Of a stretch of 64,000 bases of DNA, positions 38,361 through 48,140 are shown piece after piece. Under the pieces are notes generated by a model that saw only the letters and a list, made by a program, of their open reading frames with translations, did not search any database and was not told the origin of the DNA. The stretch spans positions 119,658 to 183,657 of the forward strand of contig JBBIPC010000007.1 of NCBI GenBank assembly GCA_037443035.1, read 5' to 3'. Numbering within the stretch: position 1 is the stretch's first letter; the number at the start of each line of letters is the position of its first letter. A program made the translations under genes and the position numbers. The DNA is from Chthonomonadales bacterium (GTDB taxonomy: Bacteria > Armatimonadota > Chthonomonadetes > Chthonomonadales > CAJBBX01).

Positions 38361-41039
38361 ATGGCACGAAGAGCGGACCGGCTCACGCGGCGTGAGTTGC
38401 TCGAGCTGGCAACCGTGGCCACAGCGTACTCGAGACGCCCTTCGGATGGCACACGAAAGGAGCTTAGCGCCATGAGTTCCTCCATAGACGGCCCTGCTTC
38501 GCCACTATTCGCGCCCATCACTCTATCATCTGGCACTCCTGTCGAGAACCTCGACCTCGCGTCCGCTACGCCGCAAATGGCTCAGAACATCGCCGCGGCT
38601 CCATCGGGACATTGCATCTGCTGGGGCATACCCTTCGACGCCTCACGGTGGGTTCTTGCGAACGGTGAATCGGTGGATACACGCTGGGAAGCCACTACCG
38701 CGCCCTGGCTAGTCATTCTCCATACTGCCGACCTGCGGCCCCTTGAACGACGACCCGACGGCCTCTATCCGGCGCCCAAAGGGCCCGCCCTGCTGCGCGA
38801 GCATGCCGCTGACTACGTCTTCCTCTACGCCGACGGGACCGAAGAGCGAGTACGCATTCTGCATCAGCACCAGATCGGTATGTTCCAACGAGGCTGGGGA
38901 CAGTGCTGTTTCGAAGCAGTGGCTCACCGCAAACCCTTCGCCATCGAGCCTCTCACAGACCATCCCCGACCTGGCGTCCAGTGGGGCTGGTCCCAAACGC
39001 GCGCGGCCATGCCAGACATGGGACCATGGACGAGCTGGCTCTGGGCCTGGCCAAACCCGAAGCCCACCGTGCCAGTCGTGGGTCTGCGCGTGGAGCCAGC
39101 GGGCGCACGCATCGTTCTCTCGGCCGTCACGGCCGGACGTTGCACCGACATGCCGCTTCGCTGGCGCACCAGGCGCAAAGCGCTCCTGAGACTGCCGGAA
39201 GGAGAGCGCTTCGACCCGCATCTTACCAGCGATGGGCTATCGCGGCATATTCAGTTGGATCTCGGTCAGGTGATTTCGGCACTGCCTCGAACCGTCTATC
39301 CTAACGATTCTTGGTCGAGATCCTACAACAATCAACCACCCGAGGTACGGACGAACGAGATTATCGTGGAGTACACGTCCCATCCCGACGCACGATTCCA
39401 CCTGCCGAACGGCGACACCATACCCGTGCAAGACGTCGAGCGGGGAGCGGCCGCGAACGGTCCATTCTCCCCTATTTCCCCTTCCACTCAGCGCGTGCGG
39501 CTGCGGGTCCTCGAGAAAGGCTCGGGCAAACCCGTGCCGGTCAAGCTACATGTCCACGGTGAGGCGGGCGAGTACCTGGCGCCTGTGGATCGCCATAGGA
39601 TCCCCAACGTGCACTGGTACGAGGACTGGAGCGTGGACTATATCAATCCCCAGGCCCACAACTGCACCTATATCTCCGGGGAAACGACCATGCTTCTCCC
39701 CCTAGGCCGCGTCTACATCGAGGTCAGCAAGGGCTTCGAGATCGCGCCAGTCCGCAAGGTTGTCGCCGTCTCACGCGGTACGAAAGAGATCACGCTCACT
39801 ATCGAGAAGGTCCTCCCCTGGCGCGAGAAGGGTTGGGTGACCGCCGACACCCATGTTCATTTCCTTTCGCCAACGAGCGCACATCTCGAAGGCGCAGCCG
39901 AGGGAGTGAACGTCGTCAATCTCCTGGCCAGCCAGTGGGGAGAGCTCATGACGAACGTGGGCGACTTCGATGGGAAGCTCACCCACGGCTCCAGGGAGTG
40001 CGGGGGCGATGGCGAGTACCTCGTCCGTGTGGGCACGGAGAATCGCCAGCATGTCCTCGGCCACATCTCCCTGTTGGGCTACAACGGCTCCATCATCGCC
40101 CCCATGACAGTCGGAGGTCCGGATGAGGCTGCGCTGGGCGATCCAGTGGATGTACTGCTAACCGAATGGGCCCGGCAGTGCCGCAAGCAGGGCGGTATCG
40201 TGATCCTCCCCCACTTCCCATTCCCCAGAGCCGAGAACGCCGCCGCCATCATTAGCGGGGTCATTGACGGAGTGGAGATGACAGCCTGGTCCAACCTCTA
40301 TGCAGGCATAGATCCCTACTCCCTCTCCGACTGGTACCGCTACCTGAACAACGGCTACTTCGTGCCGGCTGTAGGCGGTACCGACAAGATGACCGCGACG
40401 ACAGCCGTGGGCGCCATACGCACGTACGCGAAACTGCCCGACGGAAAACCGTTCACCTATGAGACATGGAAAGAGGCGATCCGCGCTGGCAATACGTTCG
40501 CCACCTACGGCCCCCTCATGGAGTTCACTGTCGAGGGCAAGGAACCTGGTTCCAGAATCCATTTGGGTCGCCGAGGCGGTACCCTGGGCGTGGAATGGAA
40601 GCTCGCGAGCGTTACAGTACCTATGTCGCGCGTTCAACTGGTAATGAACGGGGAGATCGTCAAGGAAAAGCGCATTCGAGCCAGGGAGGACACCGGCTCG
40701 TGGTCGGTGAAGGTGAGCCGGAGTTCTTGGATCGCCCTGCTGGTGCGAGGTCATTACGCCGACAGACCCGAGATGATCGCTGCCCATTCGTCGCCCGTCA
40801 TGGTAGAGGTGGAAGGAACGCAGTTCTTCTCGGCCGCCGATGCACTGACCATCCTGCACCAGATCGAGGGCGCCCTGGCCTACATTGACACGCTTGGCAC
40901 GCGCGCGGAAGACACCGCTTACAAGCGAATGCGGCTAACGCTGACCGCAGCCTTTCGTGAGATGCATAACAAGATGCACCGTGCAGGCATCATGCACGAC
41001 CACACGCCTGCCACCGACCACCCCGAACACCATGCATGA
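38361..41039 (+). CDS. CehA/McbA-family PHP metallohydrolase
   Basis: WVTADTHVH, GTENRQHVLGH, PHFP, GGTDK, AAHSSP. Start is 38361 (Tat-like) or 38472 (AAGGAG RBS). Confidence 0.8.
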   Translation: MARRADRLTRRELLELATVATAYSRRPSDGTRKELSAMSSSIDGPASPLFAPITLSSGTPVENLDLASATPQMAQNIAAAPSGHCICWGIPFDASRWVLANGESVDTRWEATTAPWLVILHTADLRPLERRPDGLYPAPKGPALLREHAADYVFLYADGTEERVRILHQHQIGMFQRGWGQCCFEAVAHRKPFAIEPLTDHPRPGVQWGWSQTRAAMPDMGPWTSWLWAWPNPKPTVPVVGLRVEPAGARIVLSAVTAGRCTDMPLRWRTRRKALLRLPEGERFDPHLTSDGLSRHIQLDLGQVISALPRTVYPNDSWSRSYNNQPPEVRTNEIIVEYTSHPDARFHLPNGDTIPVQDVERGAAANGPFSPISPSTQRVRLRVLEKGSGKPVPVKLHVHGEAGEYLAPVDRHRIPNVHWYEDWSVDYINPQAHNCTYISGETTMLLPLGRVYIEVSKGFEIAPVRKVVAVSRGTKEITLTIEKVLPWREKGWVTADTHVHFLSPTSAHLEGAAEGVNVVNLLASQWGELMTNVGDFDGKLTHGSRECGGDGEYLVRVGTENRQHVLGHISLLGYNGSIIAPMTVGGPDEAALGDPVDVLLTEWARQCRKQGGIVILPHFPFPRAENAAAIISGVIDGVEMTAWSNLYAGIDPYSLSDWYRYLNNGYFVPAVGGTDKMTATTAVGAIRTYAKLPDGKPFTYETWKEAIRAGNTFATYGPLMEFTVEGKEPGSRIHLGRRGGTLGVEWKLASVTVPMSRVQLVMNGEIVKEKRIRAREDTGSWSVKVSRSSWIALLVRGHYADRPEMIAAHSSPVMVEVEGTQFFSAADALTILHQIEGALAYIDTLGTRAEDTAYKRMRLTLTAAFREMHNKMHRAGIMHDHTPATDHPEHHA

Positions 41040-41049
41040 GGAGATTGCA

Positions 41050-41586
41050 TTGAAGACACCGGCCATCATCGTAACCTTGACGTTGGGCTTGCTGAGTATG
41101 CGAGCCACTGCGGCACCGCTGAGTGAAGCGGCAGCACGGAAGGCGTTGGCTCCACGCTACGCGCAAATGCGTAAGGCATTCCTGGATCGAAACATCGAAG
41201 GGTTCATGGCTCTGTTCGCTCCGCCTGGAACCGCCAAGCCTGGCGAGAAAGTCGCCGACGCCCAGAAGGTGCGCGTCCAGGTAGGGATGAACCTCGCCAT
41301 GGTCAAGAAGATGACCGCGGTCAAGATGAGTATCGCGAAACTGGCCGTGAAAGGCGATAGGATTGTGGTCCAGAACGCCTACACCTATCAAGGCCTGATT
41401 CAGACGCAGCCCGGCAAGATGGTGAAACTTGCCGACAGCGGCATGACGCGGGACACCTGGGCTCGGACGCCGAAGGGTTGGTTCCTCCTGGACATCGAGA
41501 CGCTCAAGTCCAATCCTACCCTCGATGGCAAACCGATGAAGGAGTACATGAAGGGGGCTGCAGGGCAGAGTAGACTTCGCAAGTAG
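41050..41586 (+). CDS. Secreted NTF2-like (DUF4440-type) protein
   Basis: TTG start behind GAGGAG; signal peptide; RDTWARTPKGW C-terminal motif. Confidence 0.75.
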   Translation: MKTPAIIVTLTLGLLSMRATAAPLSEAAARKALAPRYAQMRKAFLDRNIEGFMALFAPPGTAKPGEKVADAQKVRVQVGMNLAMVKKMTAVKMSIAKLAVKGDRIVVQNAYTYQGLIQTQPGKMVKLADSGMTRDTWARTPKGWFLLDIETLKSNPTLDGKPMKEYMKGAAGQSRLRK

Positions 41587-41668
41587 TGCCTAGGGCCCAG
41601 CACATACAGGGAATGGACTGGATCTTTGTGAACAGAGCGTACTACAACGAAACCGAGGACCACCGATC

Positions 41669-43609
41669 GTGCTATTCCTTCTCTGCCTTACCGTTGCTGG
41701 GCCATTCACAGCGGATGCCGGCCCGGGAGCCTACGACAACCTGGCTCGCCCCTACCTATTGCCGCAACTACGATCCGTAACGGTCGCCGGAGAATCCAGC
41801 TACGACCGGACGGGCGGCAACGATGACGGCTTCTCTGGCAAGTACTCCTTCATCCGCAAGGAAGGAGACGCCCTCGTCATCGCCGAGCTGCGCGGACCAG
41901 GCATCCTCCAGCGCTTCCACACACCCACACCGACCGACTTGCCCATCGAGTTCACGTTCGACGGAGAAGCTACCCCACGGCTGCAGGTAGGGTTCCGTGA
42001 CCTCTTCCTCGGGAAGGTGCCCGGTTTTCCCGAGCCCCTCGTAGGCCACGGGGTCGGCGGCTTCTACTCGTACGTGCCCATCCCGTATGCCAAGTCGTTG
42101 AAGATCGCATACCGCGGCCCTGTCATGAACTTCTTCCAGATCAACTACGCGACGCTGCCCGCGGGTAACGCCATCTCCAGTTGGACTCCCGATGCCGCTG
42201 CCGATGGCACGACCGCATGCGAGCTGCTCGACAAAGCGGGCAAGGATATCAGCAGGTACATGGTTCCGCCCGATACGGCGGTCAAGGTCGTTCGCGCGAG
42301 TCGGTCGCTGGCCCCAGGGGCGGTATTGCGTCTGTTCGATATCAAACGTGGTGGACGGATCGTTGGTCTTCGCCTCTCGCCTGCTGATGCGCTCGCCGGC
42401 AAGGATCGCGCCATCGTGCTGCGCATCACCTTCGATGGTGCTCGGTCGCCTGCTGTGCTGTGCCCTGCTGGCGACTTCTTCGGAGCTTCTTGGGGAGAGC
42501 CGGCCATGCGTTCGCTCTTCATCGGAACCGATGCCAACGTGGACTACTGCTACCTGCCCATGCCTTTCGACCGGTCCGCCAAAGTAGAGCTGGTTTCCGA
42601 ACGAACCTCCGGACCGGCCATCCCCGTCGAGGCAGAGGTCCTATGGGCCGAGGCTCCGCGCCTGTCGACCGAAGGGCGATTCTACGCGGTATGGCGGCGG
42701 GAGAATCCGACCATCATCGGTGAGCCTTTCACGTTCGTGAGAGCCGAAGGCCATGGCCACCTGATCGGCGTGACGCTACAGGCCCAAGGCGCCGAACCGG
42801 GTTCGACGCCTTTCTTCGAAGGGGACGACCAGGCTACGATTGACGGCAAGTTGGCGATACATGGTACGGGTTCCGAGGATTTCTTCAATGGGGGCTGGTA
42901 CGACGTGCCGGGCCGCTGGGATGGCCGACGCTCGCTGCCGCTAAGTGGATGTCTGGACTACAAGAAGCACTTGGGTCGCAGCGCAGGCTATCGGTTCATG
43001 GTGCCTGACCCCTACGTCTATCACAAGAGCCTGCATTTCGCCATCGAGCATGCGCCCGAACGGAACGACCTGGTCACCGACTACGTCGGAGTCGCCTACC
43101 TCTATGCCGACCGCCCTCCCCAGGACGCGGGCAGTCTTCCGCCGGTCGCAGCGCGGGGCGTCACCGATCCTCCGAAAGTGGTCTTCGCCACTGGCTGGAA
43201 CGTACCGCTACAGGCTTTCTCCCTTCAGGGCGCCGTGGTTCGCAAGCACGTGGCGCGCGTAGGCCAGCGGGATGTTCGCGCTATGTCCGTGCGTGCCGAG
43301 GGCAGCGACGTGTTTGGCGAGCACTTCTTGGAGGCCCTGTGCGACATCCCAGCAGACGGGCGATACCGGCTCACGGCCGAGGTCATAGTCGGGCCTGAGG
43401 TGGGCATCGTCCAGTGGTACAAGGACGAGACGCCCCTAGGCAAGGCTGTGGACATGCATACCCCGGCGCCTGAGGTACGGTGGGTTACGCTTGGTTCCGC
43501 TAAGCTCCGCCAGGGAGCCAACCCCATCATGCTGAAGCTGCGCGCTGGTGCGGACGGGAGGGCGATCGGTCTCGACCTGGTAACGCTAGTTTTCGAGCGG
43601 GAGTCTTAG
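41669..43609 (+). CDS. DUF2961 / GH172-like secreted glycoside hydrolase
   Basis: SSYDRTGGNDDG, YLPMPF, FFEGDD, HGTGSEDFFNGGWY. Confidence 0.85.
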   Translation: MLFLLCLTVAGPFTADAGPGAYDNLARPYLLPQLRSVTVAGESSYDRTGGNDDGFSGKYSFIRKEGDALVIAELRGPGILQRFHTPTPTDLPIEFTFDGEATPRLQVGFRDLFLGKVPGFPEPLVGHGVGGFYSYVPIPYAKSLKIAYRGPVMNFFQINYATLPAGNAISSWTPDAAADGTTACELLDKAGKDISRYMVPPDTAVKVVRASRSLAPGAVLRLFDIKRGGRIVGLRLSPADALAGKDRAIVLRITFDGARSPAVLCPAGDFFGASWGEPAMRSLFIGTDANVDYCYLPMPFDRSAKVELVSERTSGPAIPVEAEVLWAEAPRLSTEGRFYAVWRRENPTIIGEPFTFVRAEGHGHLIGVTLQAQGAEPGSTPFFEGDDQATIDGKLAIHGTGSEDFFNGGWYDVPGRWDGRRSLPLSGCLDYKKHLGRSAGYRFMVPDPYVYHKSLHFAIEHAPERNDLVTDYVGVAYLYADRPPQDAGSLPPVAARGVTDPPKVVFATGWNVPLQAFSLQGAVVRKHVARVGQRDVRAMSVRAEGSDVFGEHFLEALCDIPADGRYRLTAEVIVGPEVGIVQWYKDETPLGKAVDMHTPAPEVRWVTLGSAKLRQGANPIMLKLRAGADGRAIGLDLVTLVFERES

Positions 43610-43721
43610 GCCAGCACTGCTAGCTCCAGCTATTGCCAGATCGCCAGCGCATCGGCGGTCCCTTGCCGTTCCGCACCACCAGGTAGGCGCCCACGAGGGC
43701 TGAGAAAGGAAGGCTCCGACG

Positions 43722-45737
43722 ATGCCGTGGTATGCTCCTCGTCTCTTTGCAGTGCCGACAAGTGGTTCTGACAATCCGTTCCTAGTCGGCCCGGACCGCC
43801 CTGCCGATCTCCGTGCCCGGCGCCCGTTCTTCCTCTTGCCGCTGTTGGGCAAAGACCGCCGACCGCTCCGCCAAGGCGTTGTCCAGCGAATCAGGCAGTG
43901 GTTGGCGCAATCCGATGTGCCCGTGACCCACGTTTACGTGCTGAGCCACGGCTGGCACCGGAACTTCTTCAGCGCCATGGCGGCCTACGACCGCATTATC
44001 GCCAGACTCGCCAGGCTCATGGGTCGCGGGGCCATAGACCCGCCAGAGCCATTCCATCCCCTGTTCATCGCAGTCCATTGGCACTCGGATCCCGGAGAGA
44101 ACCTCTGGATCGATAAGGATGGTCGGCGGAGTAAGCAAAGCTTCATGGAAAACGCCCGGCGAACCTTCCTGCCCCTGGATCCTTCGGTCGGCGAGCCAAT
44201 GTTCGATCGGGACTTCGAACTGATGTTCGATCTCCTCTCGACGCTTTCGGCGCCAGACACTGAGGCGTCGGGACCTGAATTCGACGCCGAAGCCCGAGGG
44301 CTCGCCGAGATACTGGAGAAGAGGTACGACCTGAGAGCGAACCCCGGCTCGACGCTCGATCGTAAGGTGGCAGCGCTGTGGTGCTGCTACACGGGCAGTC
44401 CTGCGCGACGCGTACTGCTGAGCCAGACGGAGCCCGCCACGCCATTCCTGCGGCTCTTCCACGGGCCACGCCGCCTCCTATCCTTCGTTCTCTCCGTCGT
44501 TCCAGCGCTTACACTCCTCGGTCTGTTGGTCAACCTTCCCCTGCCAGGCTACCGCGTCGCGCAGGTGCTACCGATGCAACCCGGAAGATCGGGCAGCGCG
44601 GCGCTCATGGTCTACCGCACGGGTACTATGCGGGAGGCCGTCGTCCAGGGTTGGAGGTACGTCGGCAGACGGGCGATGGCGTTGCCGGTAGTCCGGGACC
44701 TCCCCGCTAAGGTCTCGTGGACTCCCGCCGCTGCCTGGGAGCACGTGGCCGCCACCATCGTATTCGCCCTCGTCTCCTGCCTGCTCTTGTGGGTGGTGGG
44801 ACTGTGGCATGGCCTGTTCGCGGCCGGTAAGCCTGCTTCAGGTATCCCGTGGCTGGCCGTTGTGCCGTGGTTGTATCTGCAGGTTCTCTGCGCCCTGCCT
44901 CTGTTGATGCTGAGTCTCGCCGGGCTTCTTCTTTCCTCCCTGTGGCTGGGAAACCTACTTCAGTGGCTGCGCCTCGTCTCCGACGAGCGGGTGGGGCTAC
45001 GAGACAAGCCGTATGCGCGGGCGTTCACGCTGAACGTAGGGCTGGCGCTCGCTCGGTTCGCTCGACTGCCGCTGCAGATGTTGCGGAGTGCCATCGCCCT
45101 GGATAGCCGTGCCGTCAACCTGGCTGATGCTGTAGACTGTCAGCTCGCCTACTATGACATGCAGCACCGTGGCGTTAGCACCGGAGTGGAACTTGCTGAA
45201 GCCCTGACGGAGCTCTTCACGGCATGCCCGCAACTTGCGAATGCCCAACTCCATCTCGCTGGGCATAGCTTCGGCGGCGTGGTAGTATCCAACGCGGCGC
45301 GCATGCTGGCCCATTCGGGCCAGTTCGGCGGAACACTACAGACGGTAACTCTCCTCAACGGAGCACTCGCGGCGAACTGGTATGAACGTGAGACGACGCT
45401 GCGGAAGAATGTGAGAGGAGCGGTTACAGCCATCTACACGCGCTACGATACCGCCAACAGCTTCTGGTATCCCCTTGCCAGCCTCGGCCGGCAAGCCGCG
45501 GGGAGTGTGGGGCTATGTGGCGATTTCGTGGCAGAGCACCACACGATGCCTCCCATGCTCGTCCTGCCGCCCCCGCTACGCCCGAGCACGCAAGCACATG
45601 GCTGCCGCATGCTGAACATTGACGCGAGCCGTCTCATGTACGCCGGGTCGCCGATTCTCGGAGGTGGGCATGGGGACATTGACAAGGACGATGTCATGCA
45701 CGTCCTTTGGTCCGCCATGAACGTCTCGCCGTCTTAG
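43722..45737 (+). CDS. Alpha/beta hydrolase with internal transmembrane insertion
   Basis: LSHGW oxyanion motif, GHSFG nucleophile, YTRYD, GGHGDI; several hydrophobic helices between HGW and GHSFG. Confidence 0.75.
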   Translation: MPWYAPRLFAVPTSGSDNPFLVGPDRPADLRARRPFFLLPLLGKDRRPLRQGVVQRIRQWLAQSDVPVTHVYVLSHGWHRNFFSAMAAYDRIIARLARLMGRGAIDPPEPFHPLFIAVHWHSDPGENLWIDKDGRRSKQSFMENARRTFLPLDPSVGEPMFDRDFELMFDLLSTLSAPDTEASGPEFDAEARGLAEILEKRYDLRANPGSTLDRKVAALWCCYTGSPARRVLLSQTEPATPFLRLFHGPRRLLSFVLSVVPALTLLGLLVNLPLPGYRVAQVLPMQPGRSGSAALMVYRTGTMREAVVQGWRYVGRRAMALPVVRDLPAKVSWTPAAAWEHVAATIVFALVSCLLLWVVGLWHGLFAAGKPASGIPWLAVVPWLYLQVLCALPLLMLSLAGLLLSSLWLGNLLQWLRLVSDERVGLRDKPYARAFTLNVGLALARFARLPLQMLRSAIALDSRAVNLADAVDCQLAYYDMQHRGVSTGVELAEALTELFTACPQLANAQLHLAGHSFGGVVVSNAARMLAHSGQFGGTLQTVTLLNGALAANWYERETTLRKNVRGAVTAIYTRYDTANSFWYPLASLGRQAAGSVGLCGDFVAEHHTMPPMLVLPPPLRPSTQAHGCRMLNIDASRLMYAGSPILGGGHGDIDKDDVMHVLWSAMNVSPS

Positions 45738-45981
45738 GCCAGCCCGACGATGAAACGTCAGGCTGAGAGACGAGTCCTGCACGCGGGATGGGCTCGACTC
45801 ACGCAGGTTGGTCTCCGGTGTCGTAGGCAGGCGATTCATCGCCCATGTGGCTTGGCATCACCGCACGTGATGCATGCTCGCCCTCATCACCGTCCGCGAA
45901 CACCTGAGACACCCGGTGACGAACGGGTCAAGGCCCGGTCCCCTCTCCCTACGCCGCCTGCAGTTTCAGGACGCACCTTTT

Positions 45982-47193
45982 CTAGGTCTGAACGACAGCT
46001 CGTATCGCCTCGCAGATCCTGCCGATGTTGGCCTCGTTCATGGCGGCCACGCAGACGCGGGAGCTATCCACGGCATACACTCCGAACTCGCTCCTCAGCC
46101 GATGGACCGCCTCCACAGGCAACCCCAGGAACGAGAACATGCCCTTCTGCCTCTCGATGAAGCTGAAGTCTTGGGACACGCCCTTTTCGCGGAGCGTAGC
46201 CACGAACAGGGACCGCATGCGCCGTATGCGCCTTCGAATGCCGTCGAGTTCATCGCGCCAGAGAGCGGACAGCTCCGGATCGTTGAGAATCATGCTGACC
46301 ACATGCCCACCGAACGACGGTGGATTCGAGACACTGGCCCTTACTACGCGCTTGAGCTGGCTCAGCACACGGCCTGCTTCGTCCGGAGATCGCGTCACAA
46401 CGGTCAGACCACCCACGCGTTCACGATACAGGGAGAACGACTTGGAGTAGGAGTTCGCCACGAGGCATGTGCCTCCCGCGTCCACAAAGGACCGTACAGC
46501 GAAGGCGTCCTCGTCCAGTCCTTCGCCCAGACCTTGGTACGCGAAGTCGAAGAAAGGTATGTGTCCCCGCTCCAGCAGAATATCACTTATCTTCGACCAC
46601 TGTTCCCGGGTGGGATCTACGCCACTTGGGTTGTGACAACATGCATGCAAGACGACGACACTGCCTGCCGGAATCGTCCTCAGAGCCTCGGACATGGCAC
46701 CGAAGTCCAGATCGTGCGTGGGAGGATCGTAGTAGGGGTACTGCTGAACCACGTGACCGGCAGCCTCGAACAGTGCTCGGTGATTCTCCCAGCTCGGCGT
46801 GCTGATCCATACCGGCCGTTCCGGCAAGAAGCGTTTGAGCAGTTCCGCCCCGATGCGGAGGGCTCCTGTGCCACCGAGGCTCTGGATGGTAACGGCCCGT
46901 CCCTCCACGATTGCCGAGCTGTCTCTACCCAGCACCAACTCTCTCGTAGCAGTGTTGTATGCCTTGACACCGTCAATGGGGAGGTAGCCCTTGCTATCCT
47001 CTCGAGCGATCCATCGCCGCTGCGCCTCCGCAACACATTGAAGTATGGGCACCTTACCGCTTTCGTCGAGGTACACGCCCACGCCGAGGTTCACTTTGCC
47101 CGGATTGGTGTCCTGAAGGAACGCCTCCGTCAGCCCCAGGATGGGATCGGGAGGGGCTGCGGGTACTTCTGCGAACGGTGATGGAGTGCTCAT
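45982..47193 (-). CDS. Aspartate/aromatic amino acid aminotransferase (AspC/TyrB type)
   Basis: PPDPILGL, NLGVGVY, GGTGAL, HACCHNPSG, FDFAYQG, SYSKSFSLYRERVG. Confidence 0.93.
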   Translation of the reverse strand: MSTPSPFAEVPAAPPDPILGLTEAFLQDTNPGKVNLGVGVYLDESGKVPILQCVAEAQRRWIAREDSKGYLPIDGVKAYNTATRELVLGRDSSAIVEGRAVTIQSLGGTGALRIGAELLKRFLPERPVWISTPSWENHRALFEAAGHVVQQYPYYDPPTHDLDFGAMSEALRTIPAGSVVVLHACCHNPSGVDPTREQWSKISDILLERGHIPFFDFAYQGLGEGLDEDAFAVRSFVDAGGTCLVANSYSKSFSLYRERVGGLTVVTRSPDEAGRVLSQLKRVVRASVSNPPSFGGHVVSMILNDPELSALWRDELDGIRRRIRRMRSLFVATLREKGVSQDFSFIERQKGMFSFLGLPVEAVHRLRSEFGVYAVDSSRVCVAAMNEANIGRICEAIRAVVQT

Positions 47194-47240
47194 GTTGCGC
47201 TGCCTTTCTCTAGCATTCTTTTCCTGTGGGATGAGGTTGC

Positions 47241-48140
47241 CTAGGCCCGTATCATCGTCCCTATGCCGGTATCGGTGAACACTTCCATGAGGAGCGCGTG
47301 CGGGACACGGCCATCGATGAGGTGGCACCGCTCGACGCCCGCTTCCAGCGCTGTCATGCACGCTTCGAGCTTGGGAATCATGCCCCGATCGGCGGCACCT
47401 GAAGCGAGCATCGCCCGTGCCTGGGCGATATTTATTTCGCTAACGAGCGTGGACGGATCCCCGGGCTCCCGGTAGATGCCGTCCACATCCGTGAGGATCA
47501 CCAGTTTCGCCGCAGCCACCGCCGCCGCAACGGCTCCCGCAGCATGATCAGCATTCACGTTGTAGGTAGCACCGTCTTCACCGATAGCCACGGAGCAGAT
47601 GACGGGCAGGTACCCGTTGTCGCTGAGCAGTTGGAGAAGACCGGGATTCACCCTAGCGATGTCACCCACGAAGCCCAGGTCACCACGAGGCGACACTAGC
47701 TTTCGCGCCACGAGCAGGTCGGCATCCTTGCCGCTGAGACCTACGGCACGAGCGCCCTGCCGGTTGAGCATAGCCACGATGCTCTTGTTGGTCTTGCCGG
47801 CCAGAGCCATCTCGACGATCTCCATCGTTGCATCGTCGGTCACGCGAAGCCCACCGATGAAAGCGGGCTCATGACCGAGGCGCTTCATGAGGCTAGTGAT
47901 CTCCGGTCCTCCCCCGTGCACGAGAATGGGTCTGATTCCCACATACTGGAGAAGGGCGACATCCTGCATGACCTGCGCCTTCAGGGCGTCGTCCGTCATG
48001 GCGTTGCCACCGTACTTGATGACCAGCGTCTTGCCATAGAACGCCCGCAGATAGGGGAGGGCTTCCACCAGGACGGCGGCACGGTCTGCCGGTGTCAGAC
48101 TGCTCTCGACCTGGGTGGACCCGGTCTCCTCGTCGCTCAC
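47241..48140 (-). CDS. argB: Acetylglutamate kinase
   Basis: EALPY, VIKYGGNAM, VHGGGPEI, GLRVTD, NVNAD, GMIPK. Confidence 0.97.
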   Translation of the reverse strand: MSDEETGSTQVESSLTPADRAAVLVEALPYLRAFYGKTLVIKYGGNAMTDDALKAQVMQDVALLQYVGIRPILVHGGGPEITSLMKRLGHEPAFIGGLRVTDDATMEIVEMALAGKTNKSIVAMLNRQGARAVGLSGKDADLLVARKLVSPRGDLGFVGDIARVNPGLLQLLSDNGYLPVICSVAIGEDGATYNVNADHAAGAVAAAVAAAKLVILTDVDGIYREPGDPSTLVSEINIAQARAMLASGAADRGMIPKLEACMTALEAGVERCHLIDGRVPHALLMEVFTDTGIGTMIRA

